From Thermodesulfobacteriota bacterium (GTDB lineage: Bacteria; Desulfobacterota; Desulfarculia; JACQYL01): a stretch of DNA of 64,000 nucleotides. The position numbers were made by a program, and so were the translations under genes. Below, piece after piece: positions 1-9,374 of this stretch. The DNA is taken from positions 1,216,001 to 1,280,000 of the forward strand of contig CAXXLZ010000001.1 of assembly GCA_963675595.2 (NCBI GenBank), written 5' to 3'. Position 1 is the stretch's first letter; each line of letters begins with the position of its first letter. A model generated the notes under the pieces. The model searched no databases. It was not told the origin of the DNA and worked only from the letters and a program-made list of their open reading frames with translations.

Positions 1-94
1 ATGTGAAAATTGCTACTTGCTCCGTAAACTCTTATCGAGTCCTCCCCTTTTAATTCCCTAGCCCCATAGGTTGGTCTGCGAGCGCCCTTCCACC

Positions 95-232
95 AGGCTG
101 TTGAAAAACGCGATCTGCAGCGTTGCACTTCATCCCTGGTCACTGTGACGTGCTCTATGTACCTATCATTCCTCGGGATTTGTGCTCCTTGCATCCAACA
201 GCCCGCCGCAACCGGCCCTTTTTTCAGCGAGC
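95..232. repeat. MITE-like dispersed repeat, copy 1
   Basis: Starts AGGCTGTTGAAAAACGCGATCTGCAGCG and aligns by eye over ~100 nt with 21669-21790; ends TTTTTTCAGCGAGC (imperfect inverted terminus). Confidence 0.75.
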
Positions 233-660
233 GGCTACGGGCGACTGCAAACTCGAAATCGCCCTCAGGGTCGAAATGTTCTTCGGTGATGCTCCCCGAA
301 TTTCGCCGCATGAAACCGGTGTTCCCTACCAGTAATACGGTATCGTCACGATCGACCCGCAACCTGTCCTTTCCGTGATTGAAGACCCGTCCGGCCCAGA
401 TTGCTCTTGATGGTACAATTCCGAGTGGGGCTAGAACCCGTTCCGCATGGAGGTTCGAGAAACCATGCCGACGGCACCGGCTCCCTGAAACGCTTAGCAG
501 AGACTCCTCCTTTAAAGCGGAAGATGGCCTTTTCTCCCGCTTGATTCGACTCTCGTGCTCCACCCCGGCGCCCTGAAAGATTCCGGCCTGGAGGGGGGTG
601 AAGAGAGAAGCTCCGAAGAGGCGTGATGGGGCGGTGAGGGAGTTTCGCAACGATTTTCGG

Positions 661-677
661 TATTGGTCTTACCAAAA
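661..677. promoter_or_regulatory. FadR-subfamily (PdhR/LldR-type) operator
   Basis: TATTGGT-CTT-ACCAAAA matches AATTGGTnnnACCAATT, ~190 nt upstream of a FadR-type regulator; palindrome GTATTGCAATAC at 689-700. Confidence 0.6.
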
Positions 678-863
678 TGCCAAGTTTGGTATTGCAATAC
701 AATTTCGATTCATGCTCTACTGTCCATGTGGATTTATTCGTTAATTCAGGAGGGTAAGAGAAGACTCAAATATTGGCTAATTGATCGGATGGCTATAATT
801 TCGGACCAATGAGGCGGGGTTCCGGGAGATATCCCCCAGGAAGGAACTCGCTGGAGACGAGTC

Positions 864-1634
864 GTGCAAGCCCGATATGGAAAGATTCAAGCCAAGCGCT
901 TTTCCGACCAAGTCTTCGAGCATATTAGAGACCTGGTGTTTCAAGGAGATCTCGAACCGGGGCAACAACTGCTCCCCGAACGGGAACTGGCAAAGGCCAT
1001 GGGAGTCAGTCGTCCCACGATCCGGGAGGCGGTTCGAAGGTTGGTGGATCGCGGCCTTCTGGAACATCGGCAGGGTCGCGGAACCTTCGTCAGGGACCCC
1101 GAATCGGCTCGGATCGCCAACCCGCTCAGCCTGATGCTGGACGACAATGCCCCCACTCTCGCCGAACTCATGGATGTTCGCCTGGGGCTGGAGTGCAATT
1201 CCGCCATGCTTGCGGCCCGGCATTCCACCGCCGAGGATGTGGCCAAGATCGAGGAGAGCCACAATGAAATGCGATCGAGTCATACCAAAGGTGTTCTACC
1301 CTTCACGCAGGAGGCCCGTTTTCATGTGGCCATCGCTTATGCCGGGAGGAATATGCTCCAGGTTCATCTGGTCAAATACCTCAACGATTTGATCGAAGGG
1401 GTGCTGGAAAACGGCGAGGAATCGTTGTTCGACTCTCCCGCAATCGTGAATTCGGTGTTCTCTCAGCACGAGAAGATTCTGGAGGCCATCCGTTCTCACG
1501 ATGCTTTGGCCGCCTTCCACGCCATGCGCACACACGTCGCTTCTTCCATCGATTCCATTGCGACACGTTCCCTTCTCCTAGCGAGAAAAGGGCGTGTTTC
1601 CCCAATGGGAACGTTGAGAGAGGATACGGGATGA
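864..1634 (+). CDS. GntR/FadR-family transcriptional regulator (LldR/PdhR-like)
   Basis: wHTH LLPERELAKAMGVSRPTIREAV...GRGTFV; FCD domain with FH...N and H motifs. Confidence 0.93.
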   Translation: MQARYGKIQAKRFSDQVFEHIRDLVFQGDLEPGQQLLPERELAKAMGVSRPTIREAVRRLVDRGLLEHRQGRGTFVRDPESARIANPLSLMLDDNAPTLAELMDVRLGLECNSAMLAARHSTAEDVAKIEESHNEMRSSHTKGVLPFTQEARFHVAIAYAGRNMLQVHLVKYLNDLIEGVLENGEESLFDSPAIVNSVFSQHEKILEAIRSHDALAAFHAMRTHVASSIDSIATRSLLLARKGRVSPMGTLREDTG

Positions 1635-1748
1635 ATGAGCAAGGATCTCTGTGGGTGGGATTTGAAATGTTCGGGGAGAAGGCGAAGCGATCCGTACTGC
1701 TCTCCCGCGCTGCGCATACACTGGAATTAATTCGGGAGCATTTGACGA

Positions 1749-2507
1749 ATGCATATTCTGCTGACGAATGATGATGGAATCCATGCACCGGGGATACTCG
1801 CTTTGGTGAAGGGCCTTGAAGACTCACACCGGCTTTCGGTGATCGCTCCGGAGCAGGAGCAAAGCGCCGTGGGGCATGCCATAACTTTGCTGCAACCCAT
1901 CAGGGTCAAATCCGTTTCCGTGGGCAACGGAGTCGTTGCCCATGCAGTGTCCGGGACGCCCGCAGACTGCGTGAAAATCGGAATCGAGGAGATCGTGGAA
2001 GCCCCCCCGGACTTGGTCATCAGCGGCATCAACCTCGGCGCCAATGCGGGGATTGACGCCCTTTATTCGGGAACCGTGTCCGCCGCCACTGAAGCCGCCA
2101 TTATGGGAGTGCCCGCGTTGGCGGTTTCTTTGGACACTTTCAGCAACCCGGATTTCGGCCCGGCCGTCCGTTTCGTCGCGGGCCTTTTGACCCGGTTTCA
2201 CACTCGCTCTTTTCCTCCCCACACGGCCGTCAACATCAACGTACCCGCCCTTCCCTACGACGCAATCCAAGGTGCGAAGATCACGCGACACGGCAGTTCC
2301 AGGCTGAAGGAAAGATTCGATCGTCGGGTCGATCCCAGAGGAAACGTGTACTACTGGCAGACGGGCGACGTGCCTTTATTGAACCTGGAACCGGATACCG
2401 ACCGGGACGCATTGAATCGGGGATACATTTCCATTACGCCGATCCAATACGACCTTACGGCCTATCATGCTTTGGACGCACTGAAGAGTTGGGATATTCC
2501 TTTTTAG
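1749..2507 (+). CDS. surE: 5'/3'-nucleotidase SurE
   Basis: ILLTNDDG, GTPADCV, SGINLGAN, YSGTVSAA, ISITP motifs. Confidence 0.97.
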   Translation: MHILLTNDDGIHAPGILALVKGLEDSHRLSVIAPEQEQSAVGHAITLLQPIRVKSVSVGNGVVAHAVSGTPADCVKIGIEEIVEAPPDLVISGINLGANAGIDALYSGTVSAATEAAIMGVPALAVSLDTFSNPDFGPAVRFVAGLLTRFHTRSFPPHTAVNINVPALPYDAIQGAKITRHGSSRLKERFDRRVDPRGNVYYWQTGDVPLLNLEPDTDRDALNRGYISITPIQYDLTAYHALDALKSWDIPF

Positions 2508-2534
2508 AGTCTTGCTGCCGGGGCCGCTTTGCCG

Positions 2535-2563
2535 TTGACAGTATGGATGTGGGTGGATAGCAT
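2535..2563 (+). promoter_or_regulatory. sigma70-like promoter
   Basis: TTGACA-N17-TAGCAT upstream of GNAT/acuA genes. Confidence 0.6.
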
Positions 2564-2595
2564 GCTTTGCCATTGAGCGGTGGAGATTGGAAGCC

Positions 2596-3156
2596 ATGCA
2601 GACCAAGTACCCCAAAGAAGTGATTTTGAAGGATGGGTCGGAAGCCGTTCTGAGGCCTCTGGAAGAAAGAGACGCCGAGGCCTTGCTTCAGTTCTACCGG
2701 TCCATACCGCCGGCCGAGCGGTGGTATATGAAGGAAGACGCCGCGGACCCCTCCATCATCAAGAAGTGGACCGATCGGATGGACCCATACCGGATGTTTT
2801 CCATCGTCGCTTGGACGGATGATGGTATCGTGGCCCATGCAACCCTGATACGCAATGTCTTCGGCGGAATGAAGCACGGGGGACATCTGAGGATCATGGT
2901 GTCTCCGGATTTCAGGAGAAAGCGGTTGGGAACCTGGATGCTGCTCGACTTGATCCGAAGGGCCATGGATTCCGGGTTGGAGCGTCTTCGTTCCGAATTT
3001 GTGGTGGGAGCCGAAGATGCGGCGATCGAGGCGGCCTACAAATTGGACTTCTACAAGGCCGGTGTGCTGACCGACTATGTGAAGGATCAGGACGGGAATT
3101 ACCACGATTACCAGATCATGGTGAAACATCTCCACACGGAGTGGAGTGATTTCTGA
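2596..3156 (+). CDS. GNAT-family N-acetyltransferase
   Basis: LKDGSEAVLRPL start, motif A VSPDFRRKRLGTWML; start set at ATG 2596 (ORF track TTG 2587). Confidence 0.85.
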   Translation: MQTKYPKEVILKDGSEAVLRPLEERDAEALLQFYRSIPPAERWYMKEDAADPSIIKKWTDRMDPYRMFSIVAWTDDGIVAHATLIRNVFGGMKHGGHLRIMVSPDFRRKRLGTWMLLDLIRRAMDSGLERLRSEFVVGAEDAAIEAAYKLDFYKAGVLTDYVKDQDGNYHDYQIMVKHLHTEWSDF

Positions 3157-3814
3157 CAGCTCACCGACGATGGAGCCTCCTTCTTCCTCAAATCGCCTCC
3201 AATGGAGCACTCCTCTCGGCACCCTGACCGTCCGTTCTTTCCGTCACCCGGATGAGATTTCGGCCTTTCGGTTTCCGGAATCGTTCGGCCGGTTCGCTCG
3301 CTACCATCCCATCATCTCCGACGAAAAGACGCTCGTCCGAAAGGCCTCCAAGACCGACACCGCCATCACCCTGGCTTTGACATCGGAGCAGACCATCGTG
3401 GGTTTGGCCGTACTCGAACGACCCGACCCGGGGGAACGGTGGAGCCGAGTGGGCGAAGGGCTCGTATTGGAGGTTTCGGTCATCGAAGTTGATCGAGATT
3501 GGAGGTCCCATGGAGTGGCCGACCGGCTGTTGACGCTTCTACTGGACCTGCCCTCCCTGGAAGAGCGGATCCTGTATATGGTAGGCTATTCCTGGACTTG
3601 GGATCTCGACTTCCGCCCCAAAACCGCCATGCAGTACAGAAATATGCTCATGAACCTCTTTGCTCGTCACGGATTTTCATCGCTGCAAACCAACGAACCC
3701 AATATTTGCTTAAGACCGGAAAACCTCTTTATGGCGCGGATCGGTGATCGTGTGCCGGAGGAGGCGCGTAAGAAATTCAAAATGGTGCGTTTCAATCTGG
3801 ATTTGTACCAGTGA
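3146..3814 (+). CDS. acuA: AcuA-like protein lysine acetyltransferase
   Basis: IEVDRDWRSHGVA, YSWTWDL, TNEPNICLRPENLFMARIG resemble AcuA YxWHWDL...DEPEIxxHPANxLMARIG. Confidence 0.8.
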   Translation: MISDSSPTMEPPSSSNRLQWSTPLGTLTVRSFRHPDEISAFRFPESFGRFARYHPIISDEKTLVRKASKTDTAITLALTSEQTIVGLAVLERPDPGERWSRVGEGLVLEVSVIEVDRDWRSHGVADRLLTLLLDLPSLEERILYMVGYSWTWDLDFRPKTAMQYRNMLMNLFARHGFSSLQTNEPNICLRPENLFMARIGDRVPEEARKKFKMVRFNLDLYQ

Positions 3815-3939
3815 AGCATTCCATCCGATTCACTCCGGACTCTCCCGATGATTGGTCCCTCTCGAGCCGTTGGCGGTCGATTCAAGTTCACTGCAGGCGC
3901 CATTGCCGGGGCTGATATTTCACAACCACGGATATTTCC

Positions 3940-4620
3940 TTGAATCGGCCTATGGATTCCTCTCGAAAATCGTCAGGAAGATTCAACCCCGTTGTGGAGT
4001 TCTCCCGTAGCTTGGAGGACGGAATCGACTTCTGGAGGCTGGACCCGCCCCCCGGTTTTCTGGAACAATGCGCCCTTTATTACACAAGACTGGAACACTG
4101 GAACCGAACGTTCCGCGTCATCGGTTTTCGATCGCCCACGGATGCCGCCACAAAGCTTTTTCTGGATTCGCTCGCTCCGGCTCACCAAATTCCATCCAAT
4201 GCCGTCGTCTTGGACATCGGTTCGGGTGCCGGCTTTCCCGGAATGGTTCTCAAACTGTTTCGTCCCGATTTGCATGTTTGTCTGGTGGACGCCACAAGAA
4301 AAAAGGTCAATTTTCTGAAGGAGATGCGTTTGGAGCTGGGGTTGTCGGGACTTGAAGCGTTTCATCTTCGTTTAGGGGCCGACGCAATAGAGCCGCCCCG
4401 CAGAGGTTCCTTCGACGTGGTGATCAGCAAAGCGGTGGGTCCGGTGGGAACCCTCATGGACCTGAGCCGTCCTTACCTGCGTCCTTCGGGGTTCTGCATT
4501 CTCATGAGGGGCTCCAACGTGGGAGACGCCATAAACACCGCAGACGCGGCCCTCATCAGCGTGATTCCCTATGAGCTTCCTCAAGGCGTGGGTTCACGGA
4601 ACCTGCTTCTGGTTCGATGA
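3940..4620 (+). CDS. rsmG: 16S rRNA m7G527 methyltransferase RsmG (GidB)
   Basis: WN...FLDSL, LDIGSGAGFPG, KKVNFL, FDVVISKAV; start may be ATG 3952. Confidence 0.92.
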   Translation: MNRPMDSSRKSSGRFNPVVEFSRSLEDGIDFWRLDPPPGFLEQCALYYTRLEHWNRTFRVIGFRSPTDAATKLFLDSLAPAHQIPSNAVVLDIGSGAGFPGMVLKLFRPDLHVCLVDATRKKVNFLKEMRLELGLSGLEAFHLRLGADAIEPPRRGSFDVVISKAVGPVGTLMDLSRPYLRPSGFCILMRGSNVGDAINTADAALISVIPYELPQGVGSRNLLLVR

Positions 4621-4678
4621 TCGCGGCAGCCGTCCCGGCGTCAATTGGATGGGGGGGGGCGGTGAAAACCAGGAAATC

Positions 4679-5521
4679 TCAGCAACCAAGAAAGCGTGCC
4701 AGGTTTTCGCCGCAAATCAATCGGATCTGTTCCCGGCTCAGTCCGGCTTCCGCCATTTCCTTGAAGTATCTTGAAGGTGGAAGGAGCGGGAAGTCGCTTC
4801 CGAATACGATGCGTTCCGCGCCGCAAATACGAACGGCGGTCTGATAGACTTCGGGGCGATAAAGGTAGGGAGAAGCGGCCGTATCGTACATTACGTGGCT
4901 CATGGTTTGAGGCACCTCCTTCTTCATTAGTTCATAGAAGAGTATGCCTCCTCCCCAATGAGCGAGGATCACCGGGATGGGCGTTAGAAATCGAAGAAGC
5001 TCGTATAATGCGCGCAGGGTCATTCGGGCTTTGCCCGGATAGACGTGTCCGACGGTTTCGTTGGCGTGGAGAAGCAACGGCACTTCGTGGCGTTCAAGTA
5101 CCTCACGAATCGGGGTCATGATGTCCACCAGCTCCGAACCGTCGGGCTCGCCCTGGTAGAATGCAAGCTCCCCCACGCCTTTCAGTCCGGCCCTAAGGCA
5201 ACGGTCCAGCTCTTCCGCCCCCTGAGGACTGCCGGCGTGGATGCATGCGAACCCGATGAGGCGGTTGGGGTATTTGGTCACGGCCTCGATGACATAGTCG
5301 TTGGCTCGCGAGGCCGTTTCCGGTGAACGCCAGGGAAAGCCGAAGGTGATCGCCTTGTCGACGCCTTGTTCGTCCATCATGGCCACAAGCTCCTCCGCGG
5401 AAACCATTTTCGACTTTTCGCTTCTGTATATGGCCTGAAAGGCGTCCTCGCCGTCCATGAATTGGGAGCGGTCTTCGCGAACCTCGGGGAAAAAGATGTG
5501 AGTGTGGGCATCGATGATCAT
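4679..5521 (-). CDS. Amidohydrolase family 2 protein
   Basis: IIDAHTH, LKGVGEL, LLLH, ILAHWGGG, YDTA, FGSDFP. Confidence 0.9.
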   Translation of the reverse strand: MIIDAHTHIFFPEVREDRSQFMDGEDAFQAIYRSEKSKMVSAEELVAMMDEQGVDKAITFGFPWRSPETASRANDYVIEAVTKYPNRLIGFACIHAGSPQGAEELDRCLRAGLKGVGELAFYQGEPDGSELVDIMTPIREVLERHEVPLLLHANETVGHVYPGKARMTLRALYELLRFLTPIPVILAHWGGGILFYELMKKEVPQTMSHVMYDTAASPYLYRPEVYQTAVRICGAERIVFGSDFPLLPPSRYFKEMAEAGLSREQIRLICGENLARFLGC

Positions 5522-5729
5522 GTTCCGCCTCCTTGGAGCTTTTCGGCTTGTATCCGGGACAATGAATCTTCCGTATCACGCCCGGAGGTTTGAGGCAACC
5601 GAGAACTCCCCCAGGTCCTTGTCCAAGCATGGTGGCGGTTGCGTCGCTTATCGGCGGCCCTCGATTGCTTTGACACCCGGGACGAAATCGAATATAGAAA
5701 ACAAATTAAGAAAGATCCGGGCCCCGACC

Positions 5730-6131
5730 ATGGAACAAACGACACTCATGAACAATGACGAAATGGAGTACCGGGTCGGGAGGAATGAGGATCCTTTTGA
5801 TTTGGTAATCGATAAGTGGGAGCGAATTCGTCGCTTTCTGGGCTCCGCTTTTTCGAGGGACGACTACGTTCTCGCCCTTCATGCAGTTCACGTCGCAATT
5901 CCCTTTTGCAGAGAGTACGGGTCGCAAGGCAACTGTCACAAGTGCCCGATCCACGGCTTATGCCGTGAAGAGGGACCTGCGGGAGAAAGCCTCTGGGAAG
6001 GTCTTTACCGGCTTTTCCAGGCATACGCATGGGGAGGGGATCTTCTACCCCGGGAGCCGATTCTGATGTATACGGGACGGTTTCTCGAAGCTCTCACGGA
6101 AGCGAAGAATACGGCTGGCGCATCGCACTGA
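5730..6131 (+). CDS. Hypothetical protein with C-x8-C-x2-CP-x4-C cluster (possible Fe-S)
   Basis: C-terminal part of ORF 5502-6131; start placed at ATG 5730 downstream of TTGACA (5670); FCREYGSQGNCHKCPIHGLC. Confidence 0.65.
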   Translation: MEQTTLMNNDEMEYRVGRNEDPFDLVIDKWERIRRFLGSAFSRDDYVLALHAVHVAIPFCREYGSQGNCHKCPIHGLCREEGPAGESLWEGLYRLFQAYAWGGDLLPREPILMYTGRFLEALTEAKNTAGASH

Positions 6132-6183
6132 TCTGCCTGAGCGTGGACGCGCCGATACTGTGTATGAATCCGATGGACGATTT

Positions 6184-6354
6184 ATGAAATGCCCTTTGTG
6201 TTCGGGAAAGGTCACTGTGTGCAGAAAGTGACGTTCCGTCTCCTTTCGCTGCATGGACTGCGGCGCCGAATATTCACTAGGCCAACTGATTCGAAACACG
6301 GATGAAGATGTGGAACAACTGCTTGCCTCCATTCGTGTGGACCGTTTCGACTGA
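6184..6354 (+). CDS. Small dual-CxxC probable selenoprotein (in-frame UGA at codon 16)
   Basis: MKCPLCSGKVTVCRK[TGA 6229-6231]RSVSFRCMDCGAEYSLGQLIRNTDEDVEQLLASIRVDRFD; fills the gap before purL; hairpin 3' of the UGA. Confidence 0.8.
6247..6265 (+). promoter_or_regulatory. Putative bacterial SECIS hairpin
   Basis: CGCTGCA-TGGAC-TGCGGCG: 7-bp stem (one G-U), first loop G 24 nt after the UGA. Confidence 0.6.
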
Positions 6355-6380
6355 TTCAATCTCCCTTTTTGGACGCGACG

Positions 6381-9374
6381 ATGCATTACCGAATTGAAAT
6401 CGCACTGAAGCCTCACCTGTTTGACGCCGAAGGCATGCAGATCGCCAAAAAAGCCGGTGATTATCTGGGGTTGGAAGTCTCAAACGTACGATCCATCTCC
6501 GTACTCACCTTCGACGTCGGTTTTTCCTCGGATCAAATGGAACGCGCGAGGTCGGAGCTGTTCACCAATCCGGTGACCCAGATATCCTCCTTTTCTCCTT
6601 TGGCCGAGAATTTCGACTGGATTTTGTGGGTGGGACTTCGCCCGGGAGTGCGCGATAACCCGGGCGCCACCGCTCGTGAGGCTTTGGAGGATCTTTTGGA
6701 CGTGCGGCTCGGCCCCCGGGAAGGAGTCTATGCTTCCCGGATGTACGCCGTTCGCGGTCCCTTGGGGCTTTCCGACGCTCGAAAAATGGCCGGTGAGCTG
6801 CTGGCCAACGACATCATACAACAGTGGAAGGTGTTCTCCGGAGATGAATGGGATCCGTCCACGGGCATCGGATTCATCATTCCCAAAGTGCGTCTGGATC
6901 ACACACCCAAAGTGGCGGTCATACCCGTTGGGGCGACCGAGGAACTGCAGCGGACCAGCATCGAACGCAACCTGGCCTTAAATCCAAGAGACATCCCCAC
7001 GATTCGGAATTACTTCCTGGACTCGAGGGTGCTGGAGGAAAGAAAAAAAGTCGGTTTGGCCGAGCCCACGGACGTGGAGATCGAATACATTTCGCAGGCC
7101 AGAAGCGATCACTGCAATCACAATACCTTTCATGGTCTTTTCCACTACGTGGATCTGGAGTCGGGCGAACGCTCGATTGTGAACGACTTGTTCAAGAGCT
7201 GCATTCAAAGGCCCACCCTGGAAATTCAGAAGGAAAAGCCTTGGGTGATTTCCGTGCTGTGGGACAATGCCGGCGTCGCCGCACTGGATGAGGAGTTCTA
7301 CTACACGATCACCGGCGAGACGCACAACAGTCCTTCGAACATGGAAGCCTACGGGGGTTCGCTGACGGGCATCGTGGGCGTTTACCGCGACCCCATGGGG
7401 ACCGGGCTGGGTTCGAGATTGGCGGCGGGCATGTACGGATTTTGTGTGGGACATCGGGACTATGACGGCCCGTTGAAACCCCGCCTGCATCCGCGCCGAT
7501 TGTTGGACGGCGTCATCGAAGGAGTTCGAGACGGCGGAAACAAAAGCGGGATCCCCACTCCGTACGGTGCGGTCTACTTTCACGACGGTTACATCGGCAA
7601 GTGCTTGGTTTTCGTCACCGCCATAGGTGTCATGCCCGCGCGGGTGAGCGGTCGGGAGTCGGAAAAGAAAAAGACTTCGCCCGGAGACCTCATCGTCATG
7701 GTGGGGGGACGTGTGGGTAAGGACGGGATCCACGGCGTTACCGCGGCTTCGGAAGGATTCAGTGAATCCACGCCGGCTGGTCATGTGCAGATCGGGGACC
7801 CGTATACTCAGAAGAAAATGCACGATTTCCTGTTGGAGGCAAGAGACGAGGGACTCATCCGGTTCATTACGGACAATGGCGGCGGCGGCCTATCCTCCTC
7901 CATAGGTGAGTCCGCGCGGTTCAGCGGCGGATGCGAAGTGGATTTGGACAAAGTACCGCTGAAATACGAGGGGTTGGACCAGTGGGAAATCTGGGTTTCC
8001 GAGTCCCAGGAACGGATGACCGTAGCCGTTTTGCCCGAGCACGAAGCGCGTTTTATGGAGCTCAGTCGGAAACATGCGGTGGAAAGCACGGTGATCGGAC
8101 GTTACGATTCCGGCGGCAAACTCCATATCAGATATAACGGCGAGACGTGCGCCTATGTCGACATGACGTTTCTGGAGAGCGAGTTTCCCCAATGGGAGTT
8201 CGAAGCCGAGTGGAGGTCCCCGCGACTTCGAGGTTTCACGGAGCCGGTCTTAGGTCCCGTGACGGATACCGAAGGGTTTCTCCTCCATATGTTGTCTCGT
8301 CCCAATATAGCAGATAAGGGGTGGATCACGCGGCAGTACGACCATGAGGTGCAGGGAACCAGCGTTATCAAGCCTCTGGTGGGTCGGAAATGCGATGTTC
8401 CATCGGATGCCTTCGTGATTCGGCCGGTGTTGGAAAGGCATGTGGGACTTGCGGCGGGACAGGCCGTCAATCCCGCCTTGTCGGCCATCGACGCATACCA
8501 TATGACCACCAACGTCATCGATGAAGCGGTAAGGCGAATCCTGGCCGTGGGAGCGGACCCGGAACGTATCGGAGGTGTGGATAATTTCTGCTGGCCCAAT
8601 ATCCAGTTCCATCCCACGGACAATCCGGACGGAAAATTCAAAGCGGCCCAACTGGTGCGCGCCAACTGGGCGCTGAGGGATATCTGCTTGTCGTACCGAA
8701 TTCCGCTTCTCTCCGGTAAGGATTCCATGTACATCGACGGCATGATCGAGGGTCCTTTCGGCCGGCGCCGCAAGATCTCCGGGCCCGAGACGCTGCAATT
8801 CACCGCGAGCGGGACGGTGCCCGATGTCCGTCGTTGCACGACCATGGATTTCAAGTTCCCCGGCGACTTGATTTACGTGGTCGGTCTGACGAGAGATGAA
8901 CTGGGCGGGTCCGAGTTTTACGACATACACGGGGACCATGGATTGAACGTTCCCGTGGTACGTCCCGATGAATTCCTCCCGGCTTACCGTGCCTTGCACG
9001 AGGCTATCCTGAAAGAACTGACACCGTCCGTTCATGGGATTTACCGTGGCGGCCTCGCCGTGCATCTCGCCCTGTGCTGCATGGGCGGCGAACTAGGAGC
9101 GGATTTCGATCTGGACGGCTTGCCTGCAGAGGGAGGGCTCAAGGACGACGTGCTCTTGTATTCGGAAAGCGCCGGTCGATTCATTCTGACCGTGGCACCC
9201 GACCGACAACGTGAATTCGAAAGGCTGTTCAGGGGGATTCCCTGTTTTCTCGCGGGACACGTTACATCCGAGGATTTCCTGACCATTCGGGGAGCTCACG
9301 GCAGAGTTCTGCTCCGTGTTCCAGTATCTGATTTGAAATCCTCCTGGAAATCTCCGTTTGGAGGGCTGATCTGA
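6381..9374 (+). CDS. purL: FGAM synthase PurL with N-terminal PurS-like domains
   Basis: SDHCNHNTF, ETHNSPS, GRVGKDGIHG, DNGGGGLSS, SESQERM, DNFCW, SGKDS, YSESAGRF. Confidence 0.96.
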   Translation: MHYRIEIALKPHLFDAEGMQIAKKAGDYLGLEVSNVRSISVLTFDVGFSSDQMERARSELFTNPVTQISSFSPLAENFDWILWVGLRPGVRDNPGATAREALEDLLDVRLGPREGVYASRMYAVRGPLGLSDARKMAGELLANDIIQQWKVFSGDEWDPSTGIGFIIPKVRLDHTPKVAVIPVGATEELQRTSIERNLALNPRDIPTIRNYFLDSRVLEERKKVGLAEPTDVEIEYISQARSDHCNHNTFHGLFHYVDLESGERSIVNDLFKSCIQRPTLEIQKEKPWVISVLWDNAGVAALDEEFYYTITGETHNSPSNMEAYGGSLTGIVGVYRDPMGTGLGSRLAAGMYGFCVGHRDYDGPLKPRLHPRRLLDGVIEGVRDGGNKSGIPTPYGAVYFHDGYIGKCLVFVTAIGVMPARVSGRESEKKKTSPGDLIVMVGGRVGKDGIHGVTAASEGFSESTPAGHVQIGDPYTQKKMHDFLLEARDEGLIRFITDNGGGGLSSSIGESARFSGGCEVDLDKVPLKYEGLDQWEIWVSESQERMTVAVLPEHEARFMELSRKHAVESTVIGRYDSGGKLHIRYNGETCAYVDMTFLESEFPQWEFEAEWRSPRLRGFTEPVLGPVTDTEGFLLHMLSRPNIADKGWITRQYDHEVQGTSVIKPLVGRKCDVPSDAFVIRPVLERHVGLAAGQAVNPALSAIDAYHMTTNVIDEAVRRILAVGADPERIGGVDNFCWPNIQFHPTDNPDGKFKAAQLVRANWALRDICLSYRIPLLSGKDSMYIDGMIEGPFGRRRKISGPETLQFTASGTVPDVRRCTTMDFKFPGDLIYVVGLTRDELGGSEFYDIHGDHGLNVPVVRPDEFLPAYRALHEAILKELTPSVHGIYRGGLAVHLALCCMGGELGADFDLDGLPAEGGLKDDVLLYSESAGRFILTVAPDRQREFERLFRGIPCFLAGHVTSEDFLTIRGAHGRVLLRVPVSDLKSSWKSPFGGLI

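Noticed and set aside
1-700. Short ORFs on both strands and an open minus-strand frame running off the left edge
   Set aside because: No recognisable motifs; they read through the MITE-like repeat and regulatory DNA, and there is no convincing start
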